Shown: positions 19,780 through 29,641 of the stretch, piece after piece
Layout of the letters: each line of letters starts with the position of its first letter
Numbering within the stretch: position 1 is the first letter of the stretch
IMG/VR virus record: IMGVR_UViG_3300042540_001822
Location: 1-64,000 of that record
Reading direction: 5' to 3' (one strand)
DNA length: 64,000 nucleotides
Program-made: the position numbers and the translations under genes
The notes under the pieces: model-generated
What the model saw: the letters and a program-made list of their open reading frames with translations, nothing else
Databases searched by the model: none
Told to the model about the DNA's origin: nothing

Positions 19780-19793
19780 GTGTTATATATTTT

Positions 19794-20984
19794 CTAAAAC
19801 AACCCTAGCTCGTCAAATCCCGAGAACAAATCAAATTGGTCTTCGTATTCTGGTGGAATCTTTATTCCGGCTTTCACCTTCGGATCTAGATACTTCCAGA
19901 TAGGAGCCAACATGTGAACCGTCTTGCCCGGGTCCCGTTGGAATTCCTTGTTAAACCAGAGACTAGAAAGATAGGGCAAAGTCCCCATCATTTTTTTTGC
20001 ATCTGGATTTCCCTCCTTTAAAACTTCTAACCAACCGTTCACATCCCACTTGGCATCAAACCAATAGCCGGGTTTCTGATTTTTCATAAAATCCAATGTT
20101 CCTTTGGTTGTCAACACAAAATCATCAGAAATAACATCGCCTTGAACATGAAAAGGAGCCCCTTCCAGGCTTTTTAAAAGGATATTTTCTTCAAAGCGAA
20201 AATCTCCACCTATTTCCGAAGGAGAACCTCTTAGATTTTCAATCTTATTCCATGAACAGTGAAAATTTTTATCTACTGTGCGGGGAAACCCCATTCCGTC
20301 CATGGTGGTGAGATTTAAACCCGAAGCATCAAAATTGCCTTTCACATGGCCAAATTTGATGCCATTTTTGGCAGGTAAAGATGAAATATTTCGGTACGAT
20401 GGATGATGAATCTTATTTGATAAATTCACATCCCCATCCACATCGACCTCGCCGGTTCTGGAATTATAAATCCAGGTTTGAGGTTTTCCATTCTTAGTTT
20501 TACAAACAGATTCTAAAAATTTTAATTGTTGCGTAGTCAGGTTAGGATGTGGAGTTGAAAAAAATAAAGAGTCTTCTTCATCCCTAATTTTTTTAATTTC
20601 TGCCAAAATCGCCTGGTCCTCTGGACTTGGTTTGCGGCCAATTTTTTTTAGCCATCTGGAAAAATAACGTTCAATAAGATAAAAAAACATGGTGTCTATG
20701 TCTTCTTGTCCAAAAGTAGCAGATATTCCTGATTTTGGGGTTCTAACATAGCCTGCCTTGGTCAGGTGAAATCTTTTGCCATCCGGGGCTTCTACAACAA
20801 AGGTATCTTTTTGAACGTAGGGCGATTTTGAAACCTCTGAGAATCCCATTTGAGACAGAATATTCCATCTCGGAGAGTCTTCCAGTCGCAAAGGCCACGT
20901 TTTTAATTTTGGGGTTCTGACCGAAATTTTCCCGAAATCCTCCTGAAGTAAATTAAAATTTTTGAAATTTTGAAGATATTTCAT
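19794..20984 (-). CDS. LRR-like repeat protein with C-terminal GFDELGLF motif
   Basis: IENLRGSPSEIGGDF, LKSLEGAPFHVQGD; GATATATA at 21004-21011. Confidence 0.75.
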   Translation of the reverse strand: MKYLQNFKNFNLLQEDFGKISVRTPKLKTWPLRLEDSPRWNILSQMGFSEVSKSPYVQKDTFVVEAPDGKRFHLTKAGYVRTPKSGISATFGQEDIDTMFFYLIERYFSRWLKKIGRKPSPEDQAILAEIKKIRDEEDSLFFSTPHPNLTTQQLKFLESVCKTKNGKPQTWIYNSRTGEVDVDGDVNLSNKIHHPSYRNISSLPAKNGIKFGHVKGNFDASGLNLTTMDGMGFPRTVDKNFHCSWNKIENLRGSPSEIGGDFRFEENILLKSLEGAPFHVQGDVISDDFVLTTKGTLDFMKNQKPGYWFDAKWDVNGWLEVLKEGNPDAKKMMGTLPYLSSLWFNKEFQRDPGKTVHMLAPIWKYLDPKVKAGIKIPPEYEDQFDLFSGFDELGLF

Positions 20985-21046
20985 TCTTCGATTGAATTTC
21001 TTGTATATATCTTATTTAGCCAATTAAAATGACTAAATTAAAAATT

Positions 21047-22534
21047 CTAATTTTTCCCTGTACCTAGAGATTCTTTATTCCCAATATGAAAAAATCTTGG
21101 CCATTTGGTATAGATCTGTTTGAAATTGTTTTGCTGTCTAAATTTCAATTCGAATTCAAGATCTCGTTGAAATTTACAATTTTTAAAAATTTGTGTTCTG
21201 TATAATGATGGATTCAGAGAGAAATTTTTAAATATACCATCTTTCCATGCTCTATCTGCCAATGGGAATATGAAATCATTTTGTCCTTCATAACCAAAGT
21301 AATAAAGAAAATGCCTCAAATAACTAGGGAATGGATTTCTAAAATAATTTATATCTACATCAATTTCATTTTTAATTTCATCTACTTGTAAATCGAAATA
21401 TTCTGAAAATGAAATCAAATCGAATTTTCCTTCCAAAAGAGTTTGAACGTGTGTTTCCAAATTTAAAGGAGATAGGCTTTCCCAGTCATCTTCCAAATAC
21501 AAAATAAATTCGGAATCAATTTTATGAAGCCAATTCAATTTTTCTACAAATGCAAATTCTTCATCGTTGTCAAATGTGACAAGTTGAACCCTATTCTTTC
21601 CAAAAATTTCGGAAATATCTGAAAACATTTGTTCTCTTTCTTTCCATGGAGAACGATCATCCAAGATGTAAATTGAATCAATTTCATTTGGCAAAGATGG
21701 ATTATGAAAAATTAAAGAATTCAAAGTTCTTTTGAAAAGATGAAATCTTCTGGCCGTGCTAAAAACTAAGCTTGTTAGTTTTTTTGTAGTGGGAACTGGA
21801 ATTCCCTTTTGAGAAAAAAAATCAGCATTAAAGTCAATGGTTCCATTTTCTTTGGTAACATATCCACAACCATCCGAATAGAAATGATTTTGATATAAAA
21901 TTTTATCCTGAGAGGACACACCAGAATTCAAAGAATTTGTCCAAGTGTAATGGAGTGGCTGTGCAACCGAAGTTGGTATAATTCCTCCAGGATAACTTCG
22001 ATAATCTGTTTCCCCAATCAAAAAGTGACAGTCAAAATAGAAACTGGATACACCACCATCTCTTTGGAACCAAGCCAAACGACCGACATTGAAATCTAAA
22101 TAGGAGGTACAATTTCCAACCAAATTCTTGAAAGACATCTCATACCAATTAAAATGGTCATTAGATAAAACCCATTTTAAAACTTCAAAGATATCATCTT
22201 TTGTGTAAAATTCATCACTGTCCACTACCCAAAGGAGATCAATGTTTTGTTCTTTAAACCACGTTAATGATTCACTTCTTGTACCTTGGTCTGATGTGTT
22301 TCCATCATTACCTGGTGTCCAAAGAAAATCAACAACATCAGAAAATTCATTTTCTATTTTTTCCAAAGTCTTCTGATTCCGGTCAGGGAATCCAAGATCT
22401 TTATAAAGTTTGAATTGACCGCTGCCAACCCAAATTTTGAGATCCAACAGTTTTTTGGCCTGTCTCCAGGGCTCTAATAAACGGTCAAGCCTGTCGTGAC
22501 AGTTGTATGCTAAAATTTGTATTCCGATTCTCAC
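21047..22534 (-). CDS. two-domain GT2-like glycosyltransferase
   Basis: WVVDSDE in the first domain; ILDDRS and YLEDDW in the second. Confidence 0.65.
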   Translation of the reverse strand: MRIGIQILAYNCHDRLDRLLEPWRQAKKLLDLKIWVGSGQFKLYKDLGFPDRNQKTLEKIENEFSDVVDFLWTPGNDGNTSDQGTRSESLTWFKEQNIDLLWVVDSDEFYTKDDIFEVLKWVLSNDHFNWYEMSFKNLVGNCTSYLDFNVGRLAWFQRDGGVSSFYFDCHFLIGETDYRSYPGGIIPTSVAQPLHYTWTNSLNSGVSSQDKILYQNHFYSDGCGYVTKENGTIDFNADFFSQKGIPVPTTKKLTSLVFSTARRFHLFKRTLNSLIFHNPSLPNEIDSIYILDDRSPWKEREQMFSDISEIFGKNRVQLVTFDNDEEFAFVEKLNWLHKIDSEFILYLEDDWESLSPLNLETHVQTLLEGKFDLISFSEYFDLQVDEIKNEIDVDINYFRNPFPSYLRHFLYYFGYEGQNDFIFPLADRAWKDGIFKNFSLNPSLYRTQIFKNCKFQRDLEFELKFRQQNNFKQIYTKWPRFFHIGNKESLGTGKN

Positions 22535-22639
22535 GTTGAATTATACGTGGAAAAATTAGAAAAATTTCAAAAAATTTTGAAATTTGATTTTCTTGGTTTT
22601 TCATCAATCGAACTAGGATGATGAAGTTAATAATAAAAA

Positions 22640-23167
22640 TTATTTCAATGGAATTTTCAGTCCCATCTTTGCCATGGCGAGCAGGGCCTCTGCGTTTCCC
22701 TTGGCGTCATTGACCGGGTTGTGATCGTGTTTTGTGCGTCTAAATTTGGACTTCCATTCGGCATTCAATCCGGTATCCATTTTCATGCCGCAGTACAAAT
22801 CACCAATACGCCGACCTGAAAATCCAAATGGATTTCTTTCCAGATAAGAATGAAAGTAAAAATTGATCCACTGCCAGTCAAACGCGACGTTATCAGAGAT
22901 AAAGGTGGGCTTGCCAATAGAATTGGTTTTCAACCAATCTGCAAAGTTCGACATTACCACGGCGGGATCACCAAAATTTTCGTGCTCCTCCCTTGTGAAT
23001 CCGCTAACCGCCAGAGCATCAGACTTCCATTCATAGGATATGGGTTTGACCCTTCCAAGAAAAGTTTTTGAAAGGCTTGGCTCCAGCACCACGGCCCCAA
23101 AACAAACCATGGAGTACTTGCCTGGGATGGGCCCATCAGCCTCAACATCTACAATAATATATGACAT
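22640..23167 (-). CDS. DEDDh 3'-5' exo(ribo)nuclease (Rv2179c-like)
   Basis: IVDVEADGP, NVAFDW, HNPVNDAK motifs. Confidence 0.8.
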   Translation of the reverse strand: MSYIIVDVEADGPIPGKYSMVCFGAVVLEPSLSKTFLGRVKPISYEWKSDALAVSGFTREEHENFGDPAVVMSNFADWLKTNSIGKPTFISDNVAFDWQWINFYFHSYLERNPFGFSGRRIGDLYCGMKMDTGLNAEWKSKFRRTKHDHNPVNDAKGNAEALLAMAKMGLKIPLK

Positions 23168-23321
23168 GTTTTCTTTTTTAATTACCCCACAAATTTACAA
23201 AATAAAATTCAGATTGCCACGATTTTTCCTCATTTTTAAATCCCCCGTCTAAAATTGAAATTTCATGATGAAATTTAATTGCAAATTCAAATAAAATGAA
23301 TTTAAATTCATCACAAACCCC

Positions 23322-24248
23322 ATGTCTTCCATAGTCCTTATTTCTTCTTACTGTAACACCGATGAAAAATGTCAAGTACTACACGACAATCTTAAAATTA
23401 TGAAATCAGAGGGCTTGGAAATTGCACTCATTACTCCTCTTCAAATTTCTCCCGCAACCGCTTCCCTGTGTGATTATATTTTTTACACGAAAGAAAACCC
23501 AGTTTTGAAATATCCACAAAAGGCCATGATGTATTACCAGACATTTCCAGACGGAGACAAATTTTGGTGCGTCCAGAATGCTCTGCCTGATCCAGGATTT
23601 GCTTCTCTTAACCATATTAGGAGATTGGGGGAAATTTTCTCTTTACACGATTACAACCAATTTCATTTTGTGGTTTATGACATCCTTTTGGACGAATCCA
23701 CGATTCAATCTCTAAAGACGAACGGGATATCTATGTGTTATCCACATTACAGGGATGGAAAAATAAAATACGATTTGGGAGCAATTTTAATTTCTCTCAC
23801 TAGAAACCACCTCGCGGAGGTTCTACCTTTGCTTACCATTGAAAATTATCTTGCCGTCGCCAATAGGTCTATAGAAACATTTCTTTTCGACGTTCTCCAT
23901 CAAAAGATGGAAATCCCCATATCAGTTTTGCCAGTCTCTGATCTAATTTTCACCGAGCCCGATAATCCGACTAACCATTCCAATATCCCATCTCTTTTTT
24001 ACTCCATTATTTTGGAATACAACTCCATAGAAAACGTTCGTCTCTTTTTTCATGGAAGACATCAGGGCGAGGTTAGATGTGAAATTAACGGGAACACAAT
24101 TTTCTTTTTTTCTAACCAGCCTGGAGTTTTAGATTTAGGTATGGCAAAGTCACATATTAACTCGGCCATTATAATTTACAATGAAAAGTATTATGACATA
24201 ACAAATGACATTGTTAACCATGTACATTCAACTCTCGAAATCATCTGA
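23322..24248 (+). CDS. hypothetical protein, possibly glycan-related
   Basis: Long ORF; LISSYC N-terminus. Confidence 0.65.
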   Translation: MSSIVLISSYCNTDEKCQVLHDNLKIMKSEGLEIALITPLQISPATASLCDYIFYTKENPVLKYPQKAMMYYQTFPDGDKFWCVQNALPDPGFASLNHIRRLGEIFSLHDYNQFHFVVYDILLDESTIQSLKTNGISMCYPHYRDGKIKYDLGAILISLTRNHLAEVLPLLTIENYLAVANRSIETFLFDVLHQKMEIPISVLPVSDLIFTEPDNPTNHSNIPSLFYSIILEYNSIENVRLFFHGRHQGEVRCEINGNTIFFFSNQPGVLDLGMAKSHINSAIIIYNEKYYDITNDIVNHVHSTLEII

Positions 24249-24345
24249 TTAATTCAATAAGAAATTTTCTTTAATGATATTTTTCTAAAATAGATTTAAA
24301 GATGTTCAACACATAATACAGCAAGAAAAGTTGTAAAGTAATAAA

Positions 24346-24894
24346 TTACACTTTCCTTTTGGGCATTTTGTTTAAATCTGCCAATCCAAATCCAAAATTG
24401 CTTTTCAGTTCTTCATCCGTATCGACGGCTCCGTTCACTCCAACAAGACTCGTGTACACATAGCAGTTAGGATTAAATTTTTTGGATGTGGGCCAATCGA
24501 TGACCCATTCGGCATCCACTTCAAATTCTCCTTCGTCTTCCAAGATTTGACATAATTGATACCACGTGAAATCTTTTTGGCCCTGAAAATTCTTTTCTAA
24601 TTTTTTAATTTGAGATTCCTGGTTTTTTTGGAATTGCTCGAAATCCACGTCATACCCTAAAATAAAACTAACAGCCTTAAAGACAACTGGAAAAATATCC
24701 GTCTCGTCCGTCGGGATGGCGAGCAAAAAGCAACTGTGATCATTGTGTTCATAGGAAGTATATGTGATTTCCCCCACATAAATTTGAGGTTTTTGATTGA
24801 TGCCCAAGTCTTCAAATCCTTGAACGAGAGAATCCAAATCAAATTCTCCAAATTCCGATTCAAAAATCGATTTTAAAAGGGTGAGTCTTGGCAT
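24346..24894 (-). CDS. acidic GFEDLG-motif protein, paralog of 12529
   Basis: LDSLVQGFEDLGI; WVIDWP; FGFGLADL. Confidence 0.75.
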   Translation of the reverse strand: MPRLTLLKSIFESEFGEFDLDSLVQGFEDLGINQKPQIYVGEITYTSYEHNDHSCFLLAIPTDETDIFPVVFKAVSFILGYDVDFEQFQKNQESQIKKLEKNFQGQKDFTWYQLCQILEDEGEFEVDAEWVIDWPTSKKFNPNCYVYTSLVGVNGAVDTDEELKSNFGFGLADLNKMPKRKV

Positions 24895-24979
24895 AAAATT
24901 TAAAAAGTAATTTTACATTATATATTCTTTTTGCAAAATGAATTGATTGTTTATATCAAATTGGCTTTGCAATTTTCCG

Positions 24980-25462
24980 TCAATCCATTTCCCACATAGA
25001 CTCGTGAAAAGCCCTGATAAGGTCATCTACATTTCTTATTTTTACCAATTGATCTTCATCGTATTCGTCATCAAACATGTAGATTTGCCGATGTTCTTTT
25101 TCCTCTGGGGTAAGCTTGTAGGCAAAGGTCTGACCCCCGATATTGACAAAAGCAAGAACATGGATGGGCAAAACTTTTGAAAAATCCCCATCATAATCAT
25201 CTGCATAACCGCTATCGAGCCATCTATCATCGTCTTGTGGGTTTTGCCAAACCAGAAATGGAGTCTCTGGGTCTTTTCGATCTATGGTCAGAGAAAAGGG
25301 TTTTTTATTTATACCCAATTCTTCAAACCCAGTAATTAAATCATCAATTTCTGTGTTGTTTGTTGTTTGATCTTTTTGGTTCATCTGTTTCTCCATTTGT
25401 GCCACCATATGATCCAAGTTGTGAGAGAAATCAAATGATTCGAATAATTTAATGTGTCGCAT
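24980..25462 (-). CDS. GFEELG-motif protein
   Basis: MRHIKLFESF...EIDDLITGFEELGI. Confidence 0.75.
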   Translation of the reverse strand: MRHIKLFESFDFSHNLDHMVAQMEKQMNQKDQTTNNTEIDDLITGFEELGINKKPFSLTIDRKDPETPFLVWQNPQDDDRWLDSGYADDYDGDFSKVLPIHVLAFVNIGGQTFAYKLTPEEKEHRQIYMFDDEYDEDQLVKIRNVDDLIRAFHESMWEMD

Positions 25463-25486
25463 TTTTTCTAATTTAATTTTTTTCTT

Positions 25487-25687
25487 CTAATGTGTGTTTA
25501 TACAGTATTTTTTCACTTTTTCATTTCTCTCAATAAAAAAATCTACTCTCTTTTCTAATTCATCAGGAGTTGCCATAGGTTTGAACACAATACCATGTGT
25601 ATCTACCCAAAGTTCAACATCACAAGCACCATAAGATTCTTCTTTTAGAAGTTCTACCAAAATTTCTTTAAGTTTATTTGTTTCCAT
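25487..25687 (-). CDS. hypothetical protein
   Basis: Operon-packed ORF. Confidence 0.6.
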   Translation of the reverse strand: METNKLKEILVELLKEESYGACDVELWVDTHGIVFKPMATPDELEKRVDFFIERNEKVKKYCINTH

Positions 25688-25940
25688 TTATTCTTTCTTT
25701 AATTTTAGTTTCTAATTCACGAACAATCCTTTCCTTTTCTTCTAATTCTTTTTCGGATTTTTCAATTTCATCTTTTAATTCTTGATGATATTTTTTCATT
25801 TTTTTAAATTTAAGAACTGGATTTATTTCTGAATGAATATCATCAAACACCTCCTTGATAGTTTTTCCAAAGAGTATTTTACTCCAACTTACTTCTTCGT
25901 TTAGAAAATCCCCCAATTTCTTAATTTTTATATCTTTCAT
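25674..25940 (-). CDS. coiled-coil protein with CTS-like N-terminus
   Basis: KKLGDFLNEE; GATATATA at 25962-25969. Confidence 0.65.
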   Translation of the reverse strand: MKDIKIKKLGDFLNEEVSWSKILFGKTIKEVFDDIHSEINPVLKFKKMKKYHQELKDEIEKSEKELEEKERIVRELETKIKERINGNK

Positions 25941-25999
25941 AACATTGATTGATTTTTAGAATATATATCTAAATGAAACATTAATGTATCCCAGGAACG

Positions 26000-26278
26000 T
26001 TAGTCACAATTAATTTCTGCTATATTCACCCACATATATTCACATTTTGGGTCATTTTCATTTTCGGTTTTTCTGATTAACAAGTCATCTCCGTGTATCT
26101 CATCAACCCACCACCAACTCTTTCTATTATTTCTTTTTACTTTTTGATTGATGGACAAATCCCCGATTTTAAGAACAGATTGTTCCAATTGCAATTTATA
26201 AGCATCGACAATTTTTTGTGCTTCTAAATATTCTTTGTATTTTATCATAGGTTTGTGGTTTGGTGGTTTAAAATTCAC
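26000..26278 (-). CDS. hypothetical protein
   Basis: TATATTTG -7 box upstream, near 26314. Confidence 0.6.
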   Translation of the reverse strand: MNFKPPNHKPMIKYKEYLEAQKIVDAYKLQLEQSVLKIGDLSINQKVKRNNRKSWWWVDEIHGDDLLIRKTENENDPKCEYMWVNIAEINCD

Positions 26279-26336
26279 AAAAAATAAGTTTTCATATTTC
26301 TATATTTTCTGGACAAATATACCAGCTGATAAATTG

Positions 26337-26430
26337 CACGCAAGACGGGATTCGAACCAAACCTTAGTATATCCAGTCGTATCTCCTGAGTTGGCCGCAT
26401 CAGGCGCATTACCAATTATGCTACTTACGT
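26337..26430 (-). ncRNA. isolated tRNA-like element with a 10-nt anticodon loop
   Basis: ACGTAAG/CTTGCGT acceptor, GCAT/ATGC D stem, CCTGA/TCAGG stem with loop TGCGGCCAAC, GGTTCGAATCC in a weak T stem. Confidence 0.6.
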
Positions 26431-26526
26431 ATACTTATTTTAATCCATTGGAGATTAATCTACTTAATGAGAAATTACATTATATTCTTGGTGTATGGGT
26501 GAAGAAAAACTGGACAAATAAACGAG

Positions 26527-26736
26527 TTAGTGATAATTCATAGGTAAACAATCACAAGATGGTATATCATAAAATTTCTCACCAGTTTCTATATCTTCCA
26601 GTGTGTAATATTTTGTTCCTATTTTCCAAGGAGCATATGTTTTTAAAATTTTATGAACTTTTCCTCTATACTTAATCAATGAACTATCACTAACATCAGA
26701 TACATTCAATTCTGAGTTTTCGTTTTCTGATTTCAT
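26527..26736 (-). CDS. cassette-derived small protein
   Basis: Stop lies in GTTA at 26526; leader …LNVSDVSDS crosses the right cassette end. Confidence 0.65.
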   Translation of the reverse strand: MKSENENSELNVSDVSDSSLIKYRGKVHKILKTYAPWKIGTKYYTLEDIETGEKFYDIPSCDCLPMNYH

Positions 26737-26871
26737 TTTATTCTATGGCTTTATGGTTTGGTGTTTGTTTTTACAAATATACAAATAAGTTTCGGGATCT
26801 CCAAATCTTACTTACACAAATACATCATATTCCTGGTGTATAAGTGAAAGAAAACTGGACAAATAAACGAG

Positions 26872-27090
26872 TTATACAACATTTATAAAATCCTCTATCC
26901 GTTGATTAACTCGTTTTATTTTTTCGTGATTTTCGTCTTGATGGTAAATCAATTCTCTTCTACAATATTCTTCGTAATTATGACCACGTTCCGCAACCAT
27001 CCATTTTTCTTTCTTTTCAAGTCTTTCTGTGAGAATTGATTTGATTTGTTTTAAATCACTCAAACTCATTGTTTTAATATTAAGTTCCAT
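26872..27090 (-). CDS. cassette-borne small helical protein
   Basis: Lies within the 10-bp inverted ends 26871/27109. Confidence 0.65.
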   Translation of the reverse strand: MELNIKTMSLSDLKQIKSILTERLEKKEKWMVAERGHNYEEYCRRELIYHQDENHEKIKRVNQRIEDFINVV

Positions 27091-27102
27091 AAAATAAACG
27101 TT

Positions 27103-27196
27103 GTATAACAAGGTATATACGAAATACCCTATTAAGGTTTATACTAAATTTTAAAGTTTGTTGTTAGGGTACTTCGTATATACCCAACCGTTATGT
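27103..27196 (+). mobile_element. attC-like site a
   Basis: TAAC-AA-[20-bp stem with one A.C mismatch]-CAACC-GTTA. Confidence 0.75.
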
Positions 27197-27197
27197 T

Positions 27198-27425
27198 TCA
27201 TTTTAGACGAGCATACCATTTCAATCTATCATCATTACCAATTTCAACTAATTCAAATTTAACTTTACAGTTTTCTAATATTTTCCAAGGATGAAAATTA
27301 AAACTCAACGGGTCTATTGGTAATTCACCATTTCTATTACCTGTTAAATTTGAGTTATCGCATTTCACAACCCAATAAGGTGTTGTGTTGAAATTGGTTG
27401 ATTTAATTAATATTCCTATTTCCAT
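27198..27425 (-). CDS. cassette-associated hypothetical protein
   Basis: Ends next to GTT 27190. Confidence 0.6.
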   Translation of the reverse strand: MEIGILIKSTNFNTTPYWVVKCDNSNLTGNRNGELPIDPLSFNFHPWKILENCKVKFELVEIGNDDRLKWYARLK

Positions 27426-27468
27426 ATTTATTTAAGTTTAAAACGACATTTATCTGTAACCGTTATGT

Positions 27469-27690
27469 TCAAGTTTTTGAAACAGGACTAACCTCCACAA
27501 TTTCAATTTGGGAAGTTTTATTCAACAGTACCCTATTAGAATATTTAGAAATAATAAAATCTCTAATATCATCAACTGTTGAATTTTCGTCAATTCCATC
27601 TTTCTTCCAAAAAGTCATAGTGTAATTTTGATTATTTCTAAATCTATCACCACTTTTAACAGATACGTTTTTTAATTTAACTGATACCAT
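27469..27690 (-). CDS. cassette-associated hypothetical protein
   Basis: Ends next to GTT 27462. Confidence 0.6.
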   Translation of the reverse strand: MVSVKLKNVSVKSGDRFRNNQNYTMTFWKKDGIDENSTVDDIRDFIISKYSNRVLLNKTSQIEIVEVSPVSKT

Positions 27691-27736
27691 ATTTTTTTAA
27701 TTTATAAAACAATAATTTAACTAAATAAAACAAAAA

Positions 27737-27970
27737 TTATGAGTTTTTCAGTTTTCCCCATCTTTTGTTAAATTCTTCATCTGTTTTAAGTTTTTCCAAA
27801 AATTCATCCTCTGAATAGTTTGAAGTTGTTGTTGTCTTAAATGGTAATTCAACCGGTAATTCTCTCACAACTTCCCATTTTCTTTGTTCTTCAGGATTCA
27901 TTTTTTCAAGTTCATCCATATATTGTCTCCATAATGGATTTTCATCTTCTGTATTTAATTTCCAACTCAT
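27737..27970 (-). CDS. hypothetical protein ending in NS*
   Basis: Carries the shared AACTCATAATTTTTG tail. Confidence 0.6.
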   Translation of the reverse strand: MSWKLNTEDENPLWRQYMDELEKMNPEEQRKWEVVRELPVELPFKTTTTSNYSEDEFLEKLKTDEEFNKRWGKLKNS

Positions 27971-28017
27971 AATTTTTTGTTTTTTATATTAATTTGTATA
28001 ATTTTTGTTTTACATAC

Positions 28018-28071
28018 TTATAACAAATGATAGACAACATTAAAACGATTGTTTATCATCGAACGTTATAA
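28018..28071 (+). mobile_element. attC-like site b (54 nt, CATTAAAACGA loop family)
   Basis: ATGATAGACAA/TTGTTTATCAT stem between TAAC and GTTA. Confidence 0.75.
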
Positions 28072-28075
28072 GAAA

Positions 28076-28246
28076 TTATTTTTTAATCACTATTCCATTA
28101 TCTTTACAAAATTTTTGATCAACAATCCATTTGTTTTTATCCCAATCCCAAACATACATTCCATATATTCTACCAGGATAAGTCATAGGTGGAATTTTTG
28201 TAAAAACCCCTTCTAATATTATTTTTTCTTCTTTCTTTTTCCCCAT
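28076..28246 (-). CDS. 56-aa cassette ORF (below the ORF-track cut-off)
   Basis: MGKKKEEKIILEG...VIKK*; inside cassette 28065-28276. Confidence 0.6.
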   Translation of the reverse strand: MGKKKEEKIILEGVFTKIPPMTYPGRIYGMYVWDWDKNKWIVDQKFCKDNGIVIKK

Positions 28247-28316
28247 TTGTGTATATTAAAAATAACTACTTATAACAAAGTGTAAATAAACACGCAAAAC
28301 ATTATGTGCAAGCCTA

Positions 28317-28490
28317 CTATTCCGCTTCGATATGATTATATATTAATTTCATTACCCAAGCATTTTCAAACTCATAGAACCCACAAGTCGAGCAAGCATC
28401 TTCTTCGGTATCATAGTAGATTATTTTACCTTCTTTATTTTTCATAAAGTCCATATTTCTAAGGTCTATGATTACATATTGGTCTTTCAT
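28317..28490 (-). CDS. 57-aa cassette ORF (below the ORF-track cut-off)
   Basis: MKDQYVIIDL...HIEAE*; inside degenerate cassette 28301-28538. Confidence 0.6.
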   Translation of the reverse strand: MKDQYVIIDLRNMDFMKNKEGKIIYYDTEEDACSTCGFYEFENAWVMKLIYNHIEAE

Positions 28491-28637
28491 TTCGTTTTAA
28501 AATTAAATTTAATGATGATAAGCCGCCCAGCACATAAGAGCGGTTTGGCAAGGCTTGTTGGTTGGTTTTATGGGTTTAGGGTGTGGGGTCGGGGAAGGAA
28601 AACTGGACAAATAAACGATTTATGTGTAATAAAAAAA

Positions 28638-28922
28638 TTATTCAGCACTCACAAAATGACTTTTCTTCAATTCAGAAAAAGTTTCAAATCTTTTTTGTTT
28701 ATCGTCAATTGTTAAAAGATAGTAATACTGTTCACCATATTGAAAATGTGCCTTCTTTTCAATTTTAGCATTACCCTTAGTAAAGTTTCCTACTTTTTTA
28801 TGTTCATCTCCCGAAAATATAAAGTCCATATTAATTGTGTATTGATACTCGTCATTAAACCAGTAATACTTGTCAACATTTTTATCATCAAAAAAAGATT
28901 TGAATTTCTTAATTATACCCAT
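28638..28922 (-). CDS. cassette-borne protein with CTS-like N-terminus
   Basis: MGIIKKFKSFF; cassette 28619-28958. Confidence 0.6.
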   Translation of the reverse strand: MGIIKKFKSFFDDKNVDKYYWFNDEYQYTINMDFIFSGDEHKKVGNFTKGNAKIEKKAHFQYGEQYYYLLTIDDKQKRFETFSELKKSHFVSAE

Positions 28923-28963
28923 TTTGTTGTTTTAATTTATTTTTTACATACACATAACAAGGT

Positions 28964-29164
28964 TTAGGTGTATATGTAAAATAAATCCAAGTTTCTATGT
29001 TTCACTCTACAAAACTTACCATCTTTAGTTTCAATTAAGAAACTAATATCACCTCTATCTAAGTTTATCTTTTCTCGAATGTATCCATCAACTAATGATG
29101 TTCCGAGATTGAAACTGATATGTGTCCCAACTTCTAATTCTTTGTTCATTTTACAATCAATCAT
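28964..29164 (-). CDS. hypothetical protein
   Basis: Start set at MIDCKMNKEL. Confidence 0.5.
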   Translation of the reverse strand: MIDCKMNKELEVGTHISFNLGTSLVDGYIREKINLDRGDISFLIETKDGKFCRVKHRNLDLFYIYT

Positions 29165-29214
29165 GTGTATAAATTTTAAGTTACTAAATACAACAACAAA
29201 TATAAGAAATAAAA

Positions 29215-29559
29215 TTAAACGCCAAACCAAGAACCATTGTGTAGATAACACTGATTTATTACCTCACCAGTTTCAGTGTTTTTAATATCGTATCTTGGTT
29301 TATCCTCTGTCAGATAAATTTTCCTATCAAAATAACCTTTAGTGATTATTGAAATATTTTTAATAATATCATATCCCATGTTTTTGTATTCTGAAAAGGT
29401 AATATATCTTTCTTTGCCTATATTACCATCATAAACTAACATCAACGGTTCTTTTGAGTCAACCCATCCTGAAAATTTATCATGTTTGTTGATGATATTA
29501 AAAACATCCATTCCTTTTGTGGTTACTTTTTCACCTAAATTAAATTCTTTCATATTCAT
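29215..29559 (-). CDS. hypothetical protein
   Basis: Start set at MNMKEF; the upstream extension overlaps attC c. Confidence 0.55.
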   Translation of the reverse strand: MNMKEFNLGEKVTTKGMDVFNIINKHDKFSGWVDSKEPLMLVYDGNIGKERYITFSEYKNMGYDIIKNISIITKGYFDRKIYLTEDKPRYDIKNTETGEVINQCYLHNGSWFGV

Positions 29560-29581
29560 ATTTTTGTTTAATTTTACATTC

Positions 29582-29635
29582 ATACAACAAATGATAAAAA
29601 ACATTAAAACGAACACATATTCTTAACCGTTATAA
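29582..29635 (+). mobile_element. attC-like site c (chimeric arms)
   Basis: Left arm resembles b/d, right arm resembles i; joined at the shared loop. Confidence 0.6.
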
Positions 29636-29641
29636 GTAATA

